DNA of 64,000 nt from assembly GCF_006345805.1 (NCBI RefSeq), contig NC_042997.1, positions 177,754,001-177,818,000 on the forward strand, given 5' to 3'. Under the pieces are notes generated by a model. That model was given only the letters and a program-made list of their open reading frames with translations, made no database searches and was not told where the DNA came from. Source of the stretch: Octopus sinensis (lineage: Eukaryota). Below, piece after piece: positions 55,441 through 64,000 of the stretch; the first letter of the stretch is position 1, and each line of letters begins with the position of its first letter. A program made the translations under genes and the position numbers.

Positions 55441-56359
55441 ATCGAAATACTTGGTTACTAGCTGGTGGTGATACAATGGTTAGTGACATCTCTAGTTCAA
55501 CAATGTGACCCAGTAAAGGACATACAATAACAATGGCTCAATCCACTTTATTCTAAGTACATTCCATGGGGATGTTCTGACATCAATTCCCCATGAGGGG
55601 GGTGTACTGTTGCAAGCAGTGATAGCACTTCATACTTGACAAATGTTTCATTGGTGTGTAGCACTGAACTCCAGTCTTTCCATGACGATGAGTGGCAGAG
55701 GAAATGGGAAATCTATCTGTAAATCACATCATAATGATTTTCAAGCCAATGTGTAAGACTCAGACCAGTCACTCATCTGCTTAAAATGGCAGTGAAATTT
55801 CCCTCAAAACACACAGTGGAAAACATCAATAGAGGAAAATGAATACATGAAGTAACAGATGTGAGGAAGGGAGAAAATTATTTTCAAACTAAAGGCCTAT
55901 TTCTTTACTACACAGACAAAATACGGCTACGCATTTCGCCCAGCATGCTAACATTTCTGCCAGCTCGCCACCTAAAGACCTACCTAGCACAAATGCTTGC
56001 AACAGAATCAACTGTGCTAAGGGCACCCAAGAGCCAGGTAGTGGTGCTTAAATGGATGACAGATAATGTCTGTCCCATCAAATCTTAAATAAGGGTACAT
56101 CAGATAATGTAGACCTAGAAACCACTAAGAAAACGACAAGCTCGTCATGGATGAAACACATTTGATCAGAGCAGTGCTAGATGAGAGTTAGCATAGAGCT
56201 AAAGATCAATATGTATTCTTTAGAGAGATTTGAAAATTAAAAAAGAGAAAAATAATAATATAACCAGGTAGTGCTATTTCATCTGAAATTTAGACACGGC
56301 CTGAACCACTAAGGACAGAAGTTATTTAAAACCAAAAGTAATATAAATAAAATACGTAC

Positions 56360-56465
56360 TACTTTGAAATTCAATTGGTTCACGACAATCAACACATCGA
56401 AATTTCTGAAGACTAAGGCCTCGTTCAGGACAAATATCAGTGATGATGCTTTGACCCTGGGCAAT
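56360..56465 (-). CDS. DEF8: DEF8 exon (IAQGQSIITDICPERGLSLQKFRCVDCREPIEFQS)
   Basis: cttcag| acceptor, |gtacgt donor, 106 nt, phase 0-1. Matches the ICPExGLxxQxxRCxxC start of the Rubicon-homology domain. A weaker in-frame donor lies 3 nt earlier. Confidence 0.9.
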
Positions 56466-57252
56466 CTGAAGTAGGAATAAAAAATATGGTACAGTTTATC
56501 AAAAGAGACAGGAACAAACAACAAACCTACCAACCAAAGACAACATAAGCTGTGTTGGGCATTTTTCATGAACCAGTTAAGAGAACCTCTACATGGCTGC
56601 TTGAATTGCTAAAAATAGCAACCAAATCTCCTTCATATCACATCCTGCCACCTCAAAAATATCAATTAATGTTCACTTTTCCACACTTGTCAGACAGCAT
56701 TTGTTGACCCAAATTTTCTACAGCTTGTTGCCCCACCTTTCACCAAGCAAGATAATATTTTCCCACAATCCGACATGTTTTTCACAGAAGTCTGGAAACA
56801 ACCTCTCTTGTATGATGATAATGCTCATTTACAACCATTACATGATGTCTAGACAAGGACATATACAAACACATTCACACAAATACACACACACATATAT
56901 ATTATATGCACACACATACATAGAATTCTTTCAGTTTCCATCTACCAAATCCACTCACAAGGCTTTGGTTGACTCAAGGTTATAGTGGAAGACATTTGCC
57001 CAAGGTTGTACACAATTAGACTGGGCCCAAAACCACATGATTGAAAAGCAAACTTCTTAATCACATAGCCATGCCTGTACCTCCAATGCAAGATTAATTC
57101 AAAACAATGTGAATAAATAAGTATTACATTTGACAGAGTAATCTGAAAGCTAGAGGATTAACTCAGTTATCTTGTTCTAAAGCTAAAATGAAGAAAATAA
57201 ACAGAGAAATATACAAAAAGGAAGAAGACAGACTGGGGGAGGGGGAACTTAC

Positions 57253-57317
57253 CTTTGCACTTGGACACATCCTCGTCACAGAGTTAAGGCACTTTTGGTG
57301 GCATCGATACCCACATT
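57253..57317 (-). CDS. DEF8: DEF8 exon, end of C1 domain (ECGYRCHQKCLNSVTRMCPSAK)
   Basis: cag| acceptor, AAG|gtaagt donor, 65 nt, phase 1-0. Completes C-x2-C-x4-H-x2-C-x7-C. Confidence 0.93.
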
Positions 57318-57479
57318 CTGTACAGAAAGGATAGAATTGTGAAAGAAAGAATAATTATAAATTTGTGGTACCACCAAGTGTCAGGGTACCATCAACTGTG
57401 ACTCCCATTCAAGAGAGAACATGTACCAACTGTGAAAATATTTAACATAAGTCAATTTTTATAACTACTATAGTGTGTG

Positions 57480-57521
<42 letters not shown>

Positions 57522-59324
57522 AGTGTGTGTGTGTGTGTGTGAGAGAGAGTGTGTGTGTGTGTGAGTGAGAGTGTGTGTGTGTGTGAGTGAGAGTGTGTGT
57601 GTATGTAAGTGAGTGTGTGTGTGTGTGTGTGTGTGTGAGTGAGTGTGTGAGTGAGTGTGTGTGTGTGTGTGTGTACGATTTTGAGTTAGAAATGTGCAAG
57701 AAGAGATGAAAATATTTCAAGTATATCAACTGAAAGCAATGATTGATAGAGATATTTAAATCGAGAAAAGAAAATTAAAATTTTCTATATAGTTGCAAAT
57801 AATTTATCTACTGCATTTTGTGTGTGTGTGTGGTGTGTGTGTGTGTGCGCCCGTGCGCAAGTACATGCATGTGTTTGAGCTTTATGTTACTTTTCCACTA
57901 GTTTCATTCTTTGGACTAAGGCCATAGTGAGACAATGCCGTCCAGAGTTTTAGCTCAACATATCAAACCTAGTACAGGTCATCATCGACTTAATGACCGA
58001 TCAACTTTACAAAGATTGGTGCACCAGCACCTAGCAGCAATAATAAATAGTCCAGTTGAAAACTAACGGGTTTAATTTCTTAGAAATTAACCTGTCTACA
58101 GATGATGTCAGCTAACAAATGACATCAAAGATCCACAACCAAGCATCAGTCTACAACAAATTTTTATGTAAGTCATAGGAGTGGCTGTGTGGTAAGTAGC
58201 TTGCTTACCAACCACATGGTTCTGGTTTCAGTCCCACTGCGTGGCACCTTGGGCAAGTGTCTTCTACTATAGCCTCGGGCCGACCAAAGCCTTGTGAGTG
58301 GATTTGGTAGACAGAAACTGAAAGAAGCCCATCATATATGTGTGTGTGTGTGTCTGTGTTTGTCCCACCATCATCGCTTGACAACCAATGCTGGTGTGCT
58401 TACATCCCCATAACTTAGCGGTTCAGCAAAAGAGATCGATAGAATAAGTACTAGGCTTACAAAGAATAAGTCCTGGGGTCGATTTGCTCGACTAAAGGCG
58501 GTGCTCCAACATGGCCACAGTCAAATGACTGAAACAAGTAATAGAGTAAGTTTTGCAACTGTTTCTAGCACCCATTGTATATTTCTTGTATTTGCATTCT
58601 TTGGTACTTTTCTATGAACAAATAACACTGTTGTACTATAATACAGAATTCTGTGTGTGACTTTTACCTGAGAATGTACCTTAAGAATGTAAAAATATAA
58701 AACGAAGCTATGTAGGCCTATAGACCAATTTACGACCAAATTGACTTACAGCCAGTCAGTCAGTCAGAACCAATTGTGGTTGGGAGTTGATGACGACCTG
58801 TACTTATTTCATTATAAGAATGGATTTTTCTCCACAGCTAAACATGTTTTACATGGAAGTGGAAACAAATAACCTCACTTTTAAGATGATAATGTTCATT
58901 TACAAATATCACATGCTGTCTAGACAAAAGTACACACACACACACACACACATATATATACATACATACAATGAGCTTCTTTCAGTTTCTGTCTCTGAAA
59001 TCCACTCACGAGCTTTGGTTGGGCTGAGGCTTTAGTAGGGGACACTTGCCCAAGGTGCTGCAAAGTGGAATTGAACCCAAGGCCATATGGTTGGGGAAGT
59101 TTGCTTCCCAACACACAGCCATATCTGTGTCTATAACATCTTCATATAAAACAAAAAAAAAAAAATTGCTCCAACAAGGAAAATGTCCAAGTTTGTGAAT
59201 GTCAACCCACCCACAGAAACATGGAGAATCAATATAAAAATGAGAAAGAGAGGAGAGAGAGAGAGGGGGAAAACGAGAGAAAGGCATAAAAAGAGAGACA
59301 CGAAATAAGAGGAAGAATGCCTAC

Positions 59325-59472
59325 CTTGACATTTGTACCATGTATTGATTCCTATCAACCCCCAAATAACACCTTTACATTTCTCACATGGATGACTATT
59401 GGCACCGACACGTACTTTGAATTTGTGAGACATGACAACCTTGATTTGGGTGTCAGTTTCAACAGGTCCTTC
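59325..59472 (-). CDS. DEF8: DEF8 exon, start of C1 (phorbol-ester/DAG-type) zinc finger (EGPVETDTQIKVVMSHKFKVRVGANSHPCEKCKGVIWGLIGINTWYKCQ)
   Basis: ttttacag| acceptor, G|gtaggc donor, 148 nt, phase 0-1. H-x12-C-x2-C and IWGLI..TWY motif. Confidence 0.93.
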
Positions 59473-59728
59473 CTGTAAAATAGAGAATCTCTTTCTAAAC
59501 ATGTAAAGCATACAGTCCTTTTAGCATTAATATAAACAACTGAGATTACTTGAATTTAATACATATCTAGTCCTCCCCTCTACCCCTCCCTCACAACTCC
59601 CACAGGCCACAACTTCCTGCATCTCTGCACTGCATGAATTAACTCCAATTCTCCCCACTGATTGCAACAACTCAGTCTGCTGAGTTGTGCTAGCCTACTA
59701 CCCAATCATTTATACAGCCATATATATA

Positions 59729-60119
59729 TCTATTATATAAAATCCGTTCTGTCTGTCTGTGTGTGTGTCTTCTAGGATCTCGAGCATCCTCCATCCGATT
59801 GCACTCAAATTTGATATGTAGATACCGACGGTATCAGGGCATGCATAAGTCTTGAAAAAATTACAAAAATCGATTCCAGATGAGAATGCAATCGATAAAG
59901 CCATGCAAACGTGCATTTGTAAAATTGTTTTTCTTGGAATAGAAAAAAAGTTTATCTTTATTTTCTTCTTTTGCTGGTGTCTCAAATTTAGGTTAAATCA
60001 GTGTTTCTCAAAGGGAGAGGCCTATGGGACGGTCGGACAAGTTGTTATGAGAAAATTTGGTTTAAATGTTTGACAACTCAGCACCATCCATTGGACGGGG
60101 GAGGAGGGCGTTTTGCTTG
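59729..60119 (+). mobile_element. Probable non-autonomous Helitron
   Basis: A|TCTATTATATAAAA start followed by (tctg)n and ccgattgcactcaaatttg. Ends in GC-rich sequence and CTTG|T (one change from CTAG). Confidence 0.6.
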
Positions 60120-60587
60120 TATGTGTATATATATATATATATCATCATCATCATCATCATCGTTTTATGTAAGGCATAGGTGTGGCTGTGTGGTAAGTAG
60201 CTTGCTTACCAACCACATGGTTCTGGTTTCAGTCCCACTGCGTGGCACCTTGGGCAAGTGTCTTCTACTATAGCCTCGGGCCGACCAAAGCCTTGTGAGT
60301 GGATTTGGTAGACAGAAACTGAAAGAAGCCCATCATATATATATGTGTGTGTGTGTTTATATATACATATAAATGAAAAATGTATAAACAAACGAAATAA
60401 CATATACTGAATGTAAAAACAAATGGGAGACAAACAGAAAGTCCATAATTCTTCATCAGTTATCGACCAATGGTACTCTTCAGTTTCACACCTTTAATGC
60501 TAAGACTGAATGCTTCCCTATTGGTGGTGCCCGCAAAAAAAAAGTTGACTAATACAAAAGATGGAGTGTAGCTAGAAGCTTTATTAG

Positions 60588-60689
60588 CACAACAATTGTT
60601 TCGGCTTTGTTCTGCACTGCTCCCTAGCAGGTGTGGGATGATGTAATGACATCAGATGTAAGGCACAGTGCAAGGAACCTCATCAGGTG
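60588..60689 (-). ncRNA. Type I hammerhead ribozyme motif (Penelope-like element relic)
   Basis: cac-CUGAUGA-GGUU..UUGCACUGU[loop]GCAGUGCAG..AGCC-GAAA-CAAUUG-UU-gug, followed by AAUAAA. Confidence 0.7.
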
Positions 60690-61258
60690 ATGTAACATAC
60701 TTCAGAAGTTAGATCCAGTGACGAATATGCAGTAACGCTGATAACACTTGGTAGCCATAAGTGGTGAGTGTGCTTCACAGGCATACTACCTGGGACTTAC
60801 CTGAAACAAGGTTTGGATACTACAGTTAATGCTTCCTTCCTAAACCTTAATTTTTAATTTAACTTCTAGATATATATATAGAGTGTTAGGTGTGATGTAC
60901 AGAAATTGAATATGGAGAAAAAAAGTTATCAGAAATTTGGAAAGAAATTTTTTTATTTCTTCATTATTATTATTAGCGCTTTTGTTCCTTTCTCGAACTT
61001 CTCAAATGAAATTTTATATGACAAGTTTGAGAAAGGAATGAAAGCTTTAATAATAAGGAAGAAATAAAAAGATTTTTTTCCAAAATTCTGACAACTCTTT
61101 TTCTCAAAATATATATATATATATATATATGTAGGTCCCGGGTTGATTCGGGGTTAACCACAGTAAATAAGGTACTCAATACATAGCAGAGTAAAATTAA
61201 TTTATTATATAGAAGGAGCTTCTACAGGACTAAGTCCTGTAGAAGCTCCTTCTATATA

Positions 61259-61308
<50 letters not shown>

Positions 61309-61309
61309 G

Positions 61310-61529
61310 TGAGGGGGTGCTGAAAGTTTGTGGCTTTGAGAAAAAGAAAATACAGGACGATCAGTTAATTATAATTTTATTGAAAACATTCTCCTTTCAG
61401 ATTCCTGCACTTACTGCAGCAGTCCTTCAGTTTTCCTAAGCCCTGTAAAAGAACTCCGAAGGTTTGGGCTCCAGCCAGGCAGGCCTTTCACAATACCCTT
61501 AAAACCAGGAACTTTACCGCACCCCCTCA
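61310..61529. mobile_element. mariner-derived MITE
   Basis: TIRs tgagggggtgctgaaagttt / aactttaccgcaccccctca between TA/CA microsatellites. Confidence 0.75.
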
Positions 61530-61586
<57 letters not shown>

Positions 61587-61918
61587 AATATGTTACAAAA
61601 AGAAACTACATGTGGAAATAAGCAAAAATGCATATTGGAAATCAAAAAAAAGTAAAGGCCTTTTATGAAAAGTAACAATAGATATATACAGTTAGATGAA
61701 CTGAGTTAAGAATAAAAGTAATAAAAGTCATTATTGTGAATTGTTAAAGAGATTTAAAAGCATACTGATTTCGTAAATTACTAATCATTGCTTTGAATGC
61801 ATACCAATTAATATATATATATATATAGGGAGAGTTTACGGAAAAAAACAAAAGACGAAGACAGGTGGTGTACAAAACAAACAGATGTATTAGTATAACG
61901 CTCAGGAATAGAAAAAGT

Positions 61919-61954
61919 CTTTTACGTTTCGAGCCTACACTCCTCTACAGAAAG
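61919..61954 (-). ncRNA. Minimal hammerhead-like motif in a (TA)n-flanked Penelope-like relic (~61826-62030)
   Basis: cuuu-CUGUAGA-G-GAGU guag GCUC-GAAA-CG-UA-aaag. One core change (A6 to U). Confidence 0.6.
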
Positions 61955-62754
61955 GGGCACAGAAAAAAAACAAGGAAAGAAACAAAGAGAGAAAAAAATG
62001 TGTGTAGTGGCTAATGATCTATCATGGCATATATACATAAATTGATATAAACAGCTAGACACAATATGATACCATACAGGAAAAATTCAATCATCACTAA
62101 GTGTGACTAAGAATACTGAAGCATCTACACTGCTAGAAATAAGAATTAAAATACTCTTAATACTGTAAGAGGAGAGCAAACATATACGCACATGCTGACA
62201 GGGGAGGAAACCACCCCATGACCATCTAGCAGTGCCATATTCTCACTTTTAAGTTTAACTCTGAAGATTTTCTATAGAATTCAGAGCCAACATTGCAAGT
62301 TACGATTTTTCATACACAAATACATCTACGTAAACAATGTGATCAAAGACAGATTTTTAATCGCATTGTTTATACAGACATATTTGTATATAAAATGCCA
62401 TAACTTGCAGTACTGGCTCTGAATTCTATAGAAAATCTTCAGAGATAAATTTAAAAGTGGTGTGTGTGTGTCTCTCTCTCTTTCTCTCTCTCATGACCAA
62501 GCAGGCTATTGGATATCATTATACACTGCTAGTAGCAATGTGCTTCCTTGGATTGTTGTAGCTTTTGAATGACGTCACTCTGCTGGCGAGGTGAGCAGGC
62601 TAGCATTCATCCTCAATAGAAGCCCAGTCTGTTGCAGGGTTCCCATTTACAGCTGAGTGGACTGCAGTAATGTGAAATGAAGGATTTTGCTCAAAAACAC
62701 AATGCACTGCCTGTCTGGAAATAAAAACACCCTAACCATTAGGCTATGCATCTA

Positions 62755-63030
62755 CACACACACACACACATACATGCACGCACACACACGCACATACACA
62801 CGCACATACATGCATGCACACATACATACATACATACATGCATGCATGCACACATACATACATGCATGCATGCACACATACATACATGCATGCATGCACA
62901 CATACATACATGTATGCACACATACATACATACATACATGCATGCACACATACATACATGCATGCACGCACGCTTGCACACACACACATACATACATACA
63001 TACATACAGGGAGAAAGAGAGAGAGAGAGA
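62755..63030. repeat. CA/CATA/CATG compound repeat with a 20-bp higher-order unit
   Basis: Repeated cacacatacatacatgcatg. Confidence 0.9.
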
Positions 63031-63283
63031 AATGCTGATACATGTGATCTCATAAGTCCTTAAATCCTAGTACTTGGATATGATGCTGAACGGTAACATT
63101 CCCAGATGATTTGGAAACTGCTTCTGACAGCTTGGTGAACTGAAACCAGTAGACTTAAGCCAAAATTTAATTTTACCGCCAGGATCATACATACAAACAC
63201 ACAAATATACCATATGTAAATTGTTACATATTAAAATTCGTAGACACCTACACCTGAAAGCAACAACAGAAAGTAGAACCTAC

Positions 63284-63445
63284 CTTCAGCTCTTGGTAGT
63301 GCATGCGCAACTGAATTAGTTTCTGTACTAGTTTCTGTTGACGGCTAGCACTCAATGGATCTGAGGGATCACACTGTCGGATCAACTCTTTACAGTTTTC
63401 AATGGCCATATTTAATTCCTCTTCACTGGTTTGTCCGAAATGTCC
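63284..63445 (-). CDS. DEF8: DEF8 homolog, first internal exon in window (GHFGQTSEEELNMAIENCKELIRQ...VQKLIQLRMHYQELK)
   Basis: tgcag| acceptor, AAG|gtaggt donor, 162 nt, phase 0-0. Resembles the DEF8 segment 'QQLRQAIEECKQVI...VVRLIHLRLKLQELK' (recalled human sequence). Upstream exons are outside the window. Confidence 0.9.
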
Positions 63446-64000
63446 CTGCATATAATTAACAACAACAATATCAGTAGTTTATAATTTCCATCTTTTCCAA
63501 TGAGTAAGATGTTGAAAAAATATTTCAGGGAATATTTTTTTTTTTTTTGTTTTTTCTTTTGTATGCCTGTCCTTTGAATATCTAAAAGAATCTTTAAAAA
63601 AAAAATTGACTGAAGGCACATCATAATTCAGGTTTAAATGAAGATCCAAATTAAGTTATTCCAAAAGGAACACCAATGACTTATTATTAGCATCAGTATG
63701 ATGATGATGATGACAACAATTATGAAGTGCTGCTGATTGCCTAATTGAAGACCATACAGCACATTCTAATAGACATTGGATTAACTTTATATGATACAAC
63801 ATGACAGTTTGGACGTGTTCCCTTTTCAGTATGTTTCTGTTGTTGTTGTTGTTAAGCAACAAGATGGGTAAGGGTGATTAGGTGATGGTCTAGGGCTTAT
63901 GGGTGGGAGACCCCAGACCTTGGAAAAAAAAAACTTTGGTCGTCTTGTTGTAGTCGAGGGCTCTTCGTTGACGCCCGACACCACTGGGAGGTGGCCCTTG

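Overview
Repeat-rich, AT-rich animal genomic DNA. It is most likely a coleoid cephalopod (Octopus-like), inferred from the SINE families, R4/Dong LINE relics and very large GATA/TA/ATT microsatellites; it is not prokaryotic. The only host gene I can support is the 3' part of a DEF8 orthologue (C1 zinc finger plus Rubicon-homology domain) on the minus strand. It has 10 GT-AG exons between 63445 and 40455 that splice in frame to 374 aa ending in TAA; the N-terminal exon(s) lie beyond the right edge. The rest is transposon-derived: a mariner relic, DD37D/maT elements, two solo LTRs with 4-bp TSDs, R4/Dong, CR1-group, RTE and L1/Tx1 fragments, non-autonomous Helitrons, a Merlin-like TIR element, MITEs, several tRNA-derived SINE families and (TA)n-embedded Penelope-like relics. 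Most notable observations: (1) a solo LTR whose 3' end is a CRISPR-like array of LTR-terminus plus tRNA-Trp primer-binding-site units; (2) hammerhead-ribozyme-shaped motifs in DEF8 introns in the sense orientation; (3) a SINE that occurs as head-to-tail multimers inside one TSD; (4) a DEF8 exon that begins with a recursive-splice motif and is bracketed by inverted SINEs; (5) a MITE that resembles mammalian Tigger4/MER46. All calls are by eye; no database searches were run, and TE boundaries without TSDs are approximate.
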